Shown: positions 37,834 through 47,866, counted from the stretch's first letter. The stretch: DNA of 64,000 bases from Halobacteriales archaeon (GCA_034521615.1 JAXHME010000026.1:99477-163476), one strand, 5' to 3'. Numbers and translations are program-made. Notes: generated from the letters alone by a model not told the origin.

Positions 37834-39489
37834 ATGAGCGCCGACACCCCCGCCGAATCGGACGCCTACGAGGCCGCCTGTCGCGAGCTGGCCGAGCGGC
37901 TGCTCGACGGCGAGCTCGACCCCGACGACCTCGAGGCCGCGAAGGTCGAGGTCTGCGGCCGGGTGTCGGCGCCGAAGGTGCCGAGGAACACCGAGCTGCT
38001 CGAGTTCGCGCCCGCGGACCGCCGCGACGAGCTCCGCTCGCTGGTGGCCCGCAAGCCCGTCCGGACGGCGTCGGGCGTCTCGCCGGTCGCGATCATGACC
38101 TCGCCCGCGCCCTGCCCGCACGGCAAGTGCCTCTACTGCCCGGGCGGGCCGGGCTCGGAGTTCTCGAGCGCGCAGGCCTACACCGGCCACGAGCCGGCGG
38201 CGGCGCGGGGCGCCCAGAACGACTACGACCCGTACGGCCAGGTGACGCTCCGGCTCCACCAGCTGCGCCAGATCGGCCACCCGGTGGACAAGGTCGAGCT
38301 CATCCTCATGGGCGGGACGATGACCGCACGGTCGGCGGACTACCAGGAGTGGTTCGTCAAGCGGGCGCTCGAGGCGATGAACGAGTACGACGTGAACGCC
38401 GAGCCCCGCCCCGCCGAGGGCGAGTCGTTCGCCCCGGCGACCGACGAGTACGAGTTCCGCTACCTCGAGGACGTCGTGGCCGCCAACGAGACCGCCGACG
38501 TGCGCTGTATCGGGACGACGTTCGAGACCAAGCCCGACTGGTGTGATCCCGAGCAGGTCGACCGGATGCTCCGCCTCGGCGGCACGAAGGTCGAGGTCGG
38601 CGTCCAGACGACCTACGACGAGGTCAACCGGGCGATGCATCGGGGCCACGGCGTCGACGCCTCGCTCGACGCGAACCGCCGGCTCCGCGACGCGGCGTTC
38701 AAGGTCGGCTTCCACATGATGCCGGGCCAGCCGGGGATGAGCCCCGAGATGAACCGCGAGGACTTCCGCCGGCTGTTCGACGACCCCGCGTGGCGGCCGG
38801 ACTACCTCAAGATCTACCCGACGCTCGTCGTCCGCGGTACGGCCACCTACGACATGTGGCGCCGCGACGAGTACGAGCCGCTGACCAACGAGGCGGCGGC
38901 CGAGCTGGTCGCCGACATCAAGGCCGACCTCCCCCGGTACGTCCGGCTCCAGCGCGTCCAGCGCGACATCCCCGCGGACTTCATCGACGCCGGCGTCTGG
39001 AAGTCGAACCTCCGCCAGCTCGCCCGCGAGCGCCTCGCCGAGCGCGGCGAGCGCTGTGACTGCATCCGGTGTCGGGACGTCGGCCACAACGACGCCGAGC
39101 CCGGGCGGGTCGAGCTCGACGTGCTCGAGTACGAGGCCGCGGGCGGGACGGAGCAGTTCATCGAGCTGCACGACCCCGACCAGGACCTCCTCGTCGGCTT
39201 CTGCCGGCTCCGGTTCCCGGGCGAGCCCGTCCGCCGGGAGCTCGAGGGCGCCGCGCTGGTTCGCGAGCTCCACGTCTACGGGAGCGAGGTGGGGGTCGGC
39301 CGGGAGGGCGCCGACGGCCAGCACCAGCACCGCGGCCACGGCCGTCAGTTGTTGGCCGAGGCCGAGCGGCTCGCCGCCGAGGCGGGCTACGGCCGGGTGG
39401 CGGTGATCAGCGGCATCGGCGCCCGGGAGTACTACCGGGAGCAGCTGGGCTACCGCCAGGACGGCCCGTACGTCGTCAAACGGGTCTGA
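37834..39489 (+). CDS. elp3: Elp3-type tRNA uridine(34) modification radical-SAM/GNAT enzyme
   Basis: 551 aa. It has SPAPCPHGKCLYCPGG (radical-SAM cluster) and the C-terminal GNAT HQHRGHGRQLLAEAERLA. Confidence 0.9.
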   Translation: MSADTPAESDAYEAACRELAERLLDGELDPDDLEAAKVEVCGRVSAPKVPRNTELLEFAPADRRDELRSLVARKPVRTASGVSPVAIMTSPAPCPHGKCLYCPGGPGSEFSSAQAYTGHEPAAARGAQNDYDPYGQVTLRLHQLRQIGHPVDKVELILMGGTMTARSADYQEWFVKRALEAMNEYDVNAEPRPAEGESFAPATDEYEFRYLEDVVAANETADVRCIGTTFETKPDWCDPEQVDRMLRLGGTKVEVGVQTTYDEVNRAMHRGHGVDASLDANRRLRDAAFKVGFHMMPGQPGMSPEMNREDFRRLFDDPAWRPDYLKIYPTLVVRGTATYDMWRRDEYEPLTNEAAAELVADIKADLPRYVRLQRVQRDIPADFIDAGVWKSNLRQLARERLAERGERCDCIRCRDVGHNDAEPGRVELDVLEYEAAGGTEQFIELHDPDQDLLVGFCRLRFPGEPVRRELEGAALVRELHVYGSEVGVGREGADGQHQHRGHGRQLLAEAERLAAEAGYGRVAVISGIGAREYYREQLGYRQDGPYVVKRV

Positions 39490-39553
39490 GCCGGGCCGAA
39501 TTTGGGTCCGAGTTCGGGCAAGCTTCAAGCCGTCGCTGCGGCACCACTGGCCT

Positions 39554-40114
39554 ATGCGACGACGACGCTTCCTCCGAGCCGGCGCGGCCGCGGCGGCGCT
39601 GGGGCTGGCGGGCTGCACCGGCGACGGCGGCGACGAGCCGACGTCGACCGCGACCAGCGCGCCGGACACCCAACGGAGCACCCCGACGGACGGGGAGGCG
39701 ACGATGTCGCCGACGGATGTCCACACCGCGACGTCGACGCCGATGGACGGCGGGACCCCGACGGCCGAGACGGACGCGCCCACCGAGACGCCCACCCGGA
39801 CGCCGACGGCCACCCCGCGGCCGTCGGTCGACCAGGAGGTCGAGGTCGGCCCCGGGAGCCTCAGCTTCGAGCCGTCGTCGTTCGAGCTCCCCGCCGGCGG
39901 CACCGTCCGCTGGGTCTGGCAGTCCGGGGGCCACAACGTCAAGCCGAGCGCGACGCCCGACGGCTCGGACTGGGCGGGCACGCCCGGCGGGGAGTTCGCG
40001 ACGTTCGACGCCGGCCACACCTACACGGTCACCTTCGAGGTCGCCGGCAGCTACGAGTACTACTGCGCGCCCCACCGCAGCTCGGGGATGACGGGCTCGT
40101 TCACCGTCGGCTGA
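39554..40114 (+). CDS. Halocyanin (plastocyanin-family blue copper lipoprotein)
   Basis: It has the Tat/lipobox MRRRRFLRAGAAAAALGLAGC and a Thr/Pro linker. The Cu ligands are GGHNV...YYCAPHRSSGMTG. Confidence 0.85.
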   Translation: MRRRRFLRAGAAAAALGLAGCTGDGGDEPTSTATSAPDTQRSTPTDGEATMSPTDVHTATSTPMDGGTPTAETDAPTETPTRTPTATPRPSVDQEVEVGPGSLSFEPSSFELPAGGTVRWVWQSGGHNVKPSATPDGSDWAGTPGGEFATFDAGHTYTVTFEVAGSYEYYCAPHRSSGMTGSFTVG

Positions 40115-40124
40115 TAGCGCGGCT

Positions 40125-40934
40125 TCAGGCGAGGGCGACGTCGAGCGCGAGCATCACGATGACCCCGATCATCGTCCCCGCCGTGGCGGCGCGCTCGTGG
40201 CCGCCGAGGTGTGTCTCGGGGATGATCTCGTCGGAGATGACGAACAGCATGCCGCCGGCGGCGAACCCCATCGCCCACGGGAGCAGCGGGTCGACGAACG
40301 AGACGGCCACCGCCCCGATCACCGCGAGCGGGATCTCGACGAGCCCCGCCCGGACGCCCGCGAGCGCGGCGTAGAACCGTCGGTCGAACCCGGCGTTGAC
40401 GGCGGCCACCGAGACCGCGAGTCCCTCCGGGACGTTCTGCAGGCCGATGGCGAGCATCAGCGAGACCGCGTTCGCGACGTCGCCCGAGCCGAAGCCCACG
40501 CCGACGGCGAGGCCCTCGGGCATGTTGTGCAGCGTGATGGCCACGATGAACAGCACGACCGAGGCCTGCAGGCCCGCCATCGTGTCGCGGTCCGACCGGG
40601 CCCGGCCCGTCACGAGCACGTGCACGTGGGGTACCCAGCGGTCCGCCTGGTCGAGGACGACCGCCCCGAGCGCGAGGCCGCCCAGGACCGGGACGAGCCC
40701 GCCGGCGGGGTGCTCGATCCCGGGCAGGATCAGGCTCGTGAACGACGCCGTCAGCATCACGCCGGCGGCGAAGCCCAGCGCGCCGTCGAGGACGCGCTGG
40801 GAGGGGTTCCGGTAGACGAGGACGAGCACCGCCCCCAGCAGGTTCAGGGTCGCGATGAAGAGCCCCCCGACGAACCCCTGCACGAGCGGGTCGGTGCCGA
40901 CGAGGTCGACGAAGAGCTCCGCCGCCGCGGTCAT
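40125..40934 (-). CDS. ZIP-family divalent metal transporter
   Basis: Start at MTAAAELFVDL (ATG 40934). It has ITLHNMPEGLAVGVGF and IGLQNVPEGLAVS, the ZupT/ZIP signature helices. Confidence 0.8.
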   Translation of the reverse strand: MTAAAELFVDLVGTDPLVQGFVGGLFIATLNLLGAVLVLVYRNPSQRVLDGALGFAAGVMLTASFTSLILPGIEHPAGGLVPVLGGLALGAVVLDQADRWVPHVHVLVTGRARSDRDTMAGLQASVVLFIVAITLHNMPEGLAVGVGFGSGDVANAVSLMLAIGLQNVPEGLAVSVAAVNAGFDRRFYAALAGVRAGLVEIPLAVIGAVAVSFVDPLLPWAMGFAAGGMLFVISDEIIPETHLGGHERAATAGTMIGVIVMLALDVALA

Positions 40935-41056
40935 CGATCTCCCACCCTGCCGGCCGGCGCCATTGGCGGCGCTCGTCAGCGCCGGGGCAAAAAGGCGCCG
41001 AAGGCCGCCCGCGGGCACAACGACAGGCCTTTTCGCGGCCGGGCCCAGCCGCGGCC

Positions 41057-43144
41057 ATGGAGGCCAAGCGGGAGCTCTCGAGCATCGACCTCGCCGCCGT
41101 CGCCCGGGAGCTGTCGGGCCACGCGGGCGCCCGCCTCGACAAGGCCTACCTCTACGGGGAGGACCTCGTGCGGCTGCGGCTCCGCGACTTCGACTTCGGC
41201 CGGGTGGAGCTGCTGGCCGAGATCGGCGACGTCAAGCGCGTCCACCGGTCGGCGCCCGAGCGGGTGCCCGACGCGCCCGGGCGGCCGCCGGAGTTCGCGA
41301 TGATGCTCCGGAGCCGGCTCGAGAACGCCGAGCTCGTCGGCGTCGAGCAGTACGAGTTCGACCGCATCATCGAGCTGACGTTCGCCGGCGAGGAGGCGAC
41401 CCACACCCTCGTCGTCGAGCTCTTCGGCGACGGCAACGTCGCGCTGGTCGACGCGACGGGGACGGTCGTCGACAGCCTGCGGACCGTCCGGCTGAAGAGC
41501 CGAACGGTCGTCTCGGGCGCGCAGTACGAGCACCCGGCGTCGCGGGTGAACCCGCTGACGGTCTCGGCCGAGGCGTTCGCGGCGCGGATGGCCGACTCCG
41601 ACGCCGACGTCGTCCGGACGCTCGCGACCCAGCTCAACCTCGGCGGCCGGTGGGCCGAGGAGCTCTGCACCCGCGCGGGCGTCGAGAAGACGCTCGCCAT
41701 CGCCGACGCGGACGAGGCGACCTTCGACGCCCTCTACGCCGAGCTCGAGGCGGTCGCCTCGGCGCTGACGGCGGGCGAGTTCGACCCCCGGCTCTACCGG
41801 GTCGACGGCGAGGTCGTCGACGTCGCGCCGTTCCCGCTCGAGGAGCGCGACGGGCTGGAGTCGGCGGCGTTCGACGAGTTCCAGGCCGCGCTCGACGCCT
41901 ACTTCCACGAGCTGGCCTCGGCGGGCGAGGACGAGCCCGACCGGCCGGCGTTCGACGAGCGCGTCGGCAAGTACGAGCGCATCATCGCCCAGCAGGAGGA
42001 GGCCATCGAGGGGTTCGAGGCCGAGGCGTCGGCCGAGCGCGAGCGCGCAGAGGCGCTGTACGCCCGGTACGACCTGGTCGACGAGGTCATCTCGACGGTG
42101 CGGGCCGCGCGGGCCGACGACGTGCCCTGGGAGGAGATCGAATCGCGGCTCGCCGACGGCGCCGAGCGCGGCATCGCGGCCGCGGAGGCCGTCGTCGACG
42201 TCTCGCCGGCCGAGGGGACCGTCACGCTGGCGCTCGAGGGGTGCCGCGTCCCGGTCGACCCCGAGATGGGCGTCGAGAAGAACGCTGACCGGCGCTACCG
42301 CGAGGCGAAGGCGATCGAGGAGAAGCGCGAGGGCGCCGAGGAGGCCCTCGAGGAGAGCCGCGAGGCGCTCGCGGCGATCGAGGCCGAGCGGGACGCCTGG
42401 TCGGCCGACGACGGCGCGGCCGAGGGATCGACGGACGACGACGGGCCGACCGACTGGCTGGCGAAGCGGTCGGTGCCGATCCGCCGGCAGGACCACTGGT
42501 ACGACCGGTTCCGGTGGTTCCACACCACCGACGGCTTCCTCGTCCTCGGCGGCCGGAGCGCCGACCAGAACGAGGAGCTCGTGAAGAAGTACCTCGAGCC
42601 GGGCGACCGGTTCGTCCACACCCAGGCCCACGGCGCGCCCGTGACGGTGGTCAAGGCGACCGGGCCCTCGGAGTCGGGCCGCGACGTCGACATCCCCGAG
42701 TCGACCGAGCGCCAGGCCGCCCGCTTCTGCGTCTCGAACTCCTCGGTCTGGAAGGAGGGGAAGTTCTCCGGCGACGCCTACGCCGTCGACCACGACCAGG
42801 TGTCGAAGACGCCCGAGCCCGGCGAGTACCTCGCGAAGGGCTCGTTCGCCATCCGCGGCGACCGCGACTACTACCGCGACGTCGCCGTCGGCGCGGCCGT
42901 CGGGATCCAGTGCGAGCCGGTGACGCGGGTGGTCGGCGGACCGCCGGAGGCCGTCGAGGGCCCCGCGGAGACGATGCTCGAGGTCGAGCCCGGGCGGTAC
43001 GCCCAGGGCGACGTCGCCAAGCGCGCCTACCGGCGGTTCCGCGAGACGTTCGCCGACGAGACGTTCGTCCGGAAGATCGCGAGCCCCGACGAGATCGGGA
43101 AGTTCCTCCCGCCCGGCGGCAGCCGTATCCTCGACATGGACTGA
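41057..43144 (+). CDS. rqcH: NFACT-family ribosome quality-control protein (RqcH/Rqc2/FbpA homologue)
   Basis: 695 aa. It has the N-terminal NFACT-N (ELSSIDLAAVARELS...), a coiled-coil middle and the NFACT-R/DUF814 region (WFHTTDGFLVLGGRSADQNEELVKKY...HGAPV). Confidence 0.8.
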   Translation: MEAKRELSSIDLAAVARELSGHAGARLDKAYLYGEDLVRLRLRDFDFGRVELLAEIGDVKRVHRSAPERVPDAPGRPPEFAMMLRSRLENAELVGVEQYEFDRIIELTFAGEEATHTLVVELFGDGNVALVDATGTVVDSLRTVRLKSRTVVSGAQYEHPASRVNPLTVSAEAFAARMADSDADVVRTLATQLNLGGRWAEELCTRAGVEKTLAIADADEATFDALYAELEAVASALTAGEFDPRLYRVDGEVVDVAPFPLEERDGLESAAFDEFQAALDAYFHELASAGEDEPDRPAFDERVGKYERIIAQQEEAIEGFEAEASAERERAEALYARYDLVDEVISTVRAARADDVPWEEIESRLADGAERGIAAAEAVVDVSPAEGTVTLALEGCRVPVDPEMGVEKNADRRYREAKAIEEKREGAEEALEESREALAAIEAERDAWSADDGAAEGSTDDDGPTDWLAKRSVPIRRQDHWYDRFRWFHTTDGFLVLGGRSADQNEELVKKYLEPGDRFVHTQAHGAPVTVVKATGPSESGRDVDIPESTERQAARFCVSNSSVWKEGKFSGDAYAVDHDQVSKTPEPGEYLAKGSFAIRGDRDYYRDVAVGAAVGIQCEPVTRVVGGPPEAVEGPAETMLEVEPGRYAQGDVAKRAYRRFRETFADETFVRKIASPDEIGKFLPPGGSRILDMD

Positions 43145-43165
43145 CGGGCCGGTCGTAACCCTCAG

Positions 43166-43888
43166 GTGACCCGGACCCCTCTGGAGAGCATGCTCTCCGA
43201 AGCTCTCGAGTTCCCACGTCGTGGCGACGACTGGCTGCAGACCGTGCTGATCGGGGGCGTGCTCTCCATCCTGAGCTTCCTCGTGATACCCGCGATCCTG
43301 GTCAACGGCTATCTCGTGCGGACGCTCCGCGCTGCGGTCGAGGGCGAATCCAACCCGCCCGCCTTCGACGAGTGGGGCGACATGTTGGTCGACGGCGTCC
43401 TCGTCTGGGTGATCGAGCTCGTCTACGTCGGCATCCCGGCGTTCCTCATGGTCGTGGTCGTCAGCTCGTTCGTGCTCGTCGCGGGGGTCAGCACGTCGAT
43501 GGGGGCGACGCCCGAGCCGGGCGCGGGCGCGCTCGTTGGCGGCATCGTCGCCGTGCTGTTCCTCCTCGCCGTCGTCGTGCTGCTGCTCGTGGCGGCCTAC
43601 CTCCTGCCGGCCGCGCTGGCGAACTTCGCCCGGACCGGCGAGTTCGCCGCGGCGTTCCACCTCCGCACGATCGGTCAGGCCACCCTCAACGTCGACTACC
43701 TCGTCGCGGTGGTGCTCGCGATCGGGGTGTCGATCGTGCTCGGCACCGTCGGCGCGATGCTCTCGGTGATCCTGGTCGGGATCTTCGTCCTGTTCTACCT
43801 CCAGGTCGTCGTCTACCACCTGTTCGGCCAGGGCTTCGCCCGGGGGCTGGACCTCGAGCGGACCGCAGACGGCGCGACAGCCGACTGA
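43166..43888 (+). CDS. DUF4013-family membrane protein
   Basis: It has ...EALEFPRRGDDWLQTVLIGGVLSILSFLVIPAILVNGYLVRTLRA, then TM segments. The start is GTG 43166 or ATG 43190. Confidence 0.6.
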   Translation: MTRTPLESMLSEALEFPRRGDDWLQTVLIGGVLSILSFLVIPAILVNGYLVRTLRAAVEGESNPPAFDEWGDMLVDGVLVWVIELVYVGIPAFLMVVVVSSFVLVAGVSTSMGATPEPGAGALVGGIVAVLFLLAVVVLLLVAAYLLPAALANFARTGEFAAAFHLRTIGQATLNVDYLVAVVLAIGVSIVLGTVGAMLSVILVGIFVLFYLQVVVYHLFGQGFARGLDLERTADGATAD

Positions 43889-43933
43889 GCCGCACCGGCA
43901 GGCACTTTACCGGCGGCCCGCGTGGCCCAGACC

Positions 43934-43964
43934 ATGCGCATCCGGGGCCGCGAGCGGCTGGAGG
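43934..43964. repeat. Left copy of a 31-nt perfect direct repeat (pelota start)
   Basis: Identical to 46761-46791. The upstream ~30 nt are also loosely similar. Confidence 0.9.
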
Positions 43965-43977
43965 TGCGACGCCGAGG
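43934..43977 (+). pseudogene. Remnant of a pelota 5' end (first ~14 codons only)
   Basis: ATGCGCATCCGGGGCCGCGAGCGGCTGGAGG is identical to the start of the intact pelota gene at 46761. Similarity continues for about 12 nt after a 1-nt indel and is then lost. Confidence 0.7.
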
Positions 43978-43991
43978 CCGTCTGCCGAGAC

Positions 43992-44083
43992 TAGGTCTCG
44001 AATACACCCGAGGCCGGCGCGTACCTCGCAACGGGCTCCGTCGCGGTCCGCGGCGACCGCGATTTCTACCGCGACATCGCCGT
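43992..44083 (+). pseudogene. Diverged fragment of an rqcH-like gene
   Basis: A hand alignment to 42797-42888 of the intact rqcH is ungapped and matches about 77 of 92 positions. It translates TPEAGAYLATGSVAVRGDRDFYRDIAV versus TPEPGEYLAKGSFAIRGDRDYYRDVAV. Confidence 0.65.
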
Positions 44084-44118
44084 TCGGCCCCTCCGAAGGC
44101 CGTCGGGGGCCCTGGTCA

Positions 44119-44128
44119 GGGGGGGGGG
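44119..44128. repeat. G10 homopolymer
   Basis: Ten consecutive G in non-coding sequence just after the rqcH-like fragment. Confidence 0.95.
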
Positions 44129-44458
44129 ATACGATCTTGTGACGGCGTCTCACGCAATGGTTAAGGCCCATCCTCCTATGCCTAATTATATGGCGTCTGC
44201 CGATATCCGAACCGCCCGCGCCACGACCGCCTCCGACCGGCGAGCCGTCGCCGCCCAGCGCGCGGGGTTCCGCTTTTTTACACCGGCAGACTGTTTTAAA
44301 CCGAGCGGCGCCTGAGCCCGGTGCCCTCGGCCCGGCCGCCGCCGCATCCCACCAGCGGGTGCGCGCCACGCCTCGTCGACGAGCCGTAACGCTCCCGCCG
44401 AGCGACCAGTCCGCTGTGCGTCCCCGGCCAGCCCCGGGGCGACCTTCCCTTCACCACC

Positions 44459-45589
44459 ATGAGCATGGACGACCAACCGCGCGTGTATAGCGACCGACCA
44501 GAACCGCCCTCGTCGGAGCCAGTCCGGGTCCTCGACGTCGACGGCCGGCCCCTCCCCGGGGCGACCGTTCCGGACCTCTCCGAGGACCGCCTGCTGGCGA
44601 TGTACGAGGACCTCCGGCTCGCCCGGCGCTTCGACGAGCGGGCCGTCAACCTCCAGCGCCAGGGCCGGATCGCCTCCTACGCCCCGATGGCCGGCCAGGA
44701 CGGCTCCCAGGTGGCCTCGAGCCACGCCCTCGCCGACGCCGACTGGCTCTTCCCGACGTACCGGGAGCACGCGGCGAAGCACGTCCACGGCGTCGAGCTC
44801 TCCTCGATCCTCTCGCCGCTGATGGGCCACCGGGTTGGCTACGCGGTCCCCGACGACGTCAACGTCATGCCGGAGTACATCCCGGTCGGCACCCAGGTGC
44901 CCCAGGCCGCGGGCATGGCCTGGTCGTTCCGGCTGCGGGAGCTCGACGACCGGGCGGTCCTCTGTCACCTCGGTGACGGCGCCACCAGCGAGGGCGACGT
45001 CCACGAGGGGCTGACCTTCGCGGGCGTCTTCGACCTCCCGGCCGTCTTCCTCTGTAACAACAACGGCTACGCCATCTCGACGCCGCTGTCGCGCCAGACC
45101 GCCAGCGAGACCCTGGCCGGCAAGGCCGCTGGCTACGGCATCGACGGCGTCCGCGTCGACGGCATGGACCCGCTCGCCGTCTACCAGATCGTGAGCGAGG
45201 CGCTCTCGAAGGCCAAGGCCCCGATCGACGGCGAGCCGCGGCCGACCCTCGTCGAGTCGGTCCAGTACCGCTACGGCGCTCACACGACGGCCGACGACCC
45301 CTCGCGGTACCGGGACGACGACGAGGTCGAGCGCTGGCGCGAGCGGGACCCGCTCGACCGGCTCGAGGCCTATCTAGAGCACGAGGGCCTCCTCGACGAC
45401 GACCTCGCTTCGGGGATCGGCGACCGGGTCGAGCGACGCGTGGTCGCCGCCGTCGAGGCGGCCGAGTCCGTCGAGTCCCCCGTGGAACAGCTCGTCGACC
45501 ACGTCTACGCCGAGCCGCCAGCGCGGCTGCGGGAGCAGTACGCGGCGGTCGCCGCCCGGCGGGGGTCGCGCGGGGAGGTGGGCCGATGA
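44459..45589 (+). CDS. Thiamine-diphosphate-dependent 2-oxoacid dehydrogenase E1 component, alpha subunit
   Basis: 376 aa. The TPP motif is GDGATSEGDVHEGLTFAGVFDLPAVFLCNNNGYAIS. It is coupled (ATGA) to the beta subunit. Confidence 0.85.
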   Translation: MSMDDQPRVYSDRPEPPSSEPVRVLDVDGRPLPGATVPDLSEDRLLAMYEDLRLARRFDERAVNLQRQGRIASYAPMAGQDGSQVASSHALADADWLFPTYREHAAKHVHGVELSSILSPLMGHRVGYAVPDDVNVMPEYIPVGTQVPQAAGMAWSFRLRELDDRAVLCHLGDGATSEGDVHEGLTFAGVFDLPAVFLCNNNGYAISTPLSRQTASETLAGKAAGYGIDGVRVDGMDPLAVYQIVSEALSKAKAPIDGEPRPTLVESVQYRYGAHTTADDPSRYRDDDEVERWRERDPLDRLEAYLEHEGLLDDDLASGIGDRVERRVVAAVEAAESVESPVEQLVDHVYAEPPARLREQYAAVAARRGSRGEVGR

Positions 45590-46602
45590 GCACCGCCTCC
45601 CACACGGCCGCCGGGGACCGCTCGGACCGGCTGACCATGGTCGAGGCCGTCGCCGACGGCCTGGCCTCGGAGATGGGCCGGGACGACTCGGTGGTGGTGC
45701 TCGGCGAGGACGTCGGTCGGAACGGCGGCGTCTTCCGGGCCACGGACGGGCTCTACGAGACGTTCGGCGGCGACCGCGTGATCGACACGCCGCTGGCCGA
45801 GTCCGGCATCGTCGGCTCGGCCATCGGGCTCGCCCTCGGGGGCATGCGGCCGGTCGCCGAGCTCCAGTTCCTCGGCTTCGCCTACCCGGCGTTCGACCAG
45901 CTGGTGAGCCACGCCGCCCGCATCCGGAGCCGGAGCCTCGGGCAGTACACGTGTCCGCTGGTCGTCCGGGCGCCCTATGGCGGGGGCATCGAGGCGCCGG
46001 ACCACCACTCCGAGTCCAAGGAGGCGTTCTTCGTCCACGAACCGGGCCTGAAGGTCCTCGTCCCCAGCACGCCCTACGACGCGAAGGGGCTGCTCGCGAG
46101 CGCTGTCCGCGACCCCGACCCGGTCGTGGTCTTAGAGCCGAAGGCGCTCTATCGGTCCCACCGGGAGGAGGTCCCCGAGGAGCCGTACACGGTGCCGATC
46201 GGCGAGGCGGCGGTGCGCCGGGAGGGTGCCGATATCTCGGTGTTCGCCTGGGGCGCGATGACCAGGCCCGCGCTGGACGCCGCCGACCTGCTGGACGAGG
46301 CGTACGGCGTCGACGCCGAGGTCGTCGACCTCCGGACGCTCTCGCCCCTGCCGGTCGAGGCGATCGCCGACTCCGTCCGGAAGACCGGCCGGGCGGCCGT
46401 CGTCCACGAGGCCCCGGTGACGGGCGGGGTCGGCGCGGAGGTCGCGGCGACGATCCAGGAGGAGGCGCTGTACCACCTCGAGGCGCCGATCCGACGGATC
46501 GGTGGGCTCGACGCCCCGTTCCCGCTGCACGCGCTCGAGGACGACTACCTGCCCGACGCCGCCAGGGTCGTCGACGAGGTGCTTGAGACGGTCGAGCGCT
46601 GA
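45586..46602 (+). CDS. 2-oxoacid dehydrogenase E1 component, beta subunit
   Basis: 338 aa. The sequence reads [18 protein letters not shown]...[14 protein letters not shown]. No E2 or E3 gene follows. Confidence 0.85.
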   Translation: MSTASHTAAGDRSDRLTMVEAVADGLASEMGRDDSVVVLGEDVGRNGGVFRATDGLYETFGGDRVIDTPLAESGIVGSAIGLALGGMRPVAELQFLGFAYPAFDQLVSHAARIRSRSLGQYTCPLVVRAPYGGGIEAPDHHSESKEAFFVHEPGLKVLVPSTPYDAKGLLASAVRDPDPVVVLEPKALYRSHREEVPEEPYTVPIGEAAVRREGADISVFAWGAMTRPALDAADLLDEAYGVDAEVVDLRTLSPLPVEAIADSVRKTGRAAVVHEAPVTGGVGAEVAATIQEEALYHLEAPIRRIGGLDAPFPLHALEDDYLPDAARVVDEVLETVER

Positions 46603-46760
46603 TCGGTCGGCCCGGCGTTCGATACGACGGCCCTCCGTCGGCGCGTCGACTGTGGAGGCCCCCGAGACCGGGCCCCAGGCCTGGCGCTGAGCCCCGACCG
46701 GGCCACGGGCGACCACCGCCCGATAGCAGGACACTTGTCCCCGGGCCGCGCAGGCCGCCC

Positions 46761-46791
46761 ATGCGCATCCGGGGCCGCGAGCGGCTGGAGG
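46761..46791. repeat. Right copy of the 31-nt perfect direct repeat (start of the intact pelota gene)
   Basis: Identical to 43934-43964. Confidence 0.9.
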
Positions 46792-47828
46792 CCGACGCCG
46801 AGCGCGTCACGCTCGTCCCCGAGCACCTCGACGACCTCTGGCACCTGCAGTACGTCCTGGAGCCGGGCGACCGGGTCGGCGGCGAGACCTCCCGGCGGGT
46901 CCAGCGCGACGACGAGCAGCTGCGGGACACCGGCGGCCAGCGCGAGCCCATGTCGGTCACGCTCGCGGTCGAGGAGGCCGAGTTCCACGAGTTCGCGAAC
47001 CGGCTCCGCGTGAGCGGCGAGATCGTCGCCTGCTCGCGCGAGGACGAGGTCGGCCACCACCACACGCTGAACGTCGAGCCGTTCGACGAGCTCTCGATCG
47101 AGAAGGTCTGGAAGCCCGACCAGAACGAGCGGCTCGAACAGGCCGAGGAGTCCGCCGACCGCCCGGACGTGGTCATCGCGACCGTCGAGGAGGCCGCCGC
47201 GCACGTCCACAGCGTGAGCCAGGCCGGCGCCGAGGAGCGGACCTCGCTGACGGGGCCGACGGGGAAGGGCGAGTACGCCCGGGACCGCTCGGAGCTGTTC
47301 ACGGCGCTCGGCGACGTGCTCTCGAACATGGACCCCGACGCCGTCATCCTGGCGGGCCCGGGCTTCACGAAGCAGGACGCGCTCGACCACATCGAGGACG
47401 CCCACCCCGAGCTCGTCGAGCGGATCACGGTCGTCGACACGGCGAGCGTCGGCGACCGCGGCGTCCACGAGGTGTTCTCGCGGGGCGCGGTCGACGAGGT
47501 GCTCGCCGAGACCCGGCTGGCCGCCGAGGCTCAGGCCATCGACGAGCTGATGCGGCGCGTGAAGTCGGGCGTGAAGGCGGTCTACGGCCCCGAGGCCGTC
47601 GAGCGGGCCGCGGAGTTCGGCGCCGTCGAGGAGCTGCTCGTGCTCGACGAGCGGCTGCGGGCCCAGCGCGGCGGCTCGGGCGAGTGGCCCATCGACGTCA
47701 ACGACGTCATCCAGACGGTCGAGCAGAAGGGCGGCGAGGTCACCGTCTTCACCAGCGAGTTCGACCCCGGCCGGCAGCTCGAGGGCCTCGGCGGCATCGC
47801 CGCGCTGCTGCGCTACCGGATCGAGTAA
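46761..47828 (+). CDS. pelA: Pelota (mRNA surveillance / ribosome rescue factor)
   Basis: 355 aa. The sequence reads [37 protein letters not shown], with eRF1-like domains. Confidence 0.9.
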   Translation: MRIRGRERLEADAERVTLVPEHLDDLWHLQYVLEPGDRVGGETSRRVQRDDEQLRDTGGQREPMSVTLAVEEAEFHEFANRLRVSGEIVACSREDEVGHHHTLNVEPFDELSIEKVWKPDQNERLEQAEESADRPDVVIATVEEAAAHVHSVSQAGAEERTSLTGPTGKGEYARDRSELFTALGDVLSNMDPDAVILAGPGFTKQDALDHIEDAHPELVERITVVDTASVGDRGVHEVFSRGAVDEVLAETRLAAEAQAIDELMRRVKSGVKAVYGPEAVERAAEFGAVEELLVLDERLRAQRGGSGEWPIDVNDVIQTVEQKGGEVTVFTSEFDPGRQLEGLGGIAALLRYRIE

Positions 47829-47866
47829 TCCCCGGGATACTTGCTGCGGCAGACGTACCCGAGCCC

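Noticed and set aside
44157-44315. A 52-codon ORF (MVKAHPPMPNYMASADIRTARATT...) in the AT-rich scar region.
   Set aside because: It has no recognisable features and atypical composition. It lies in what looks like decayed inserted DNA. It cannot be supported as a gene.
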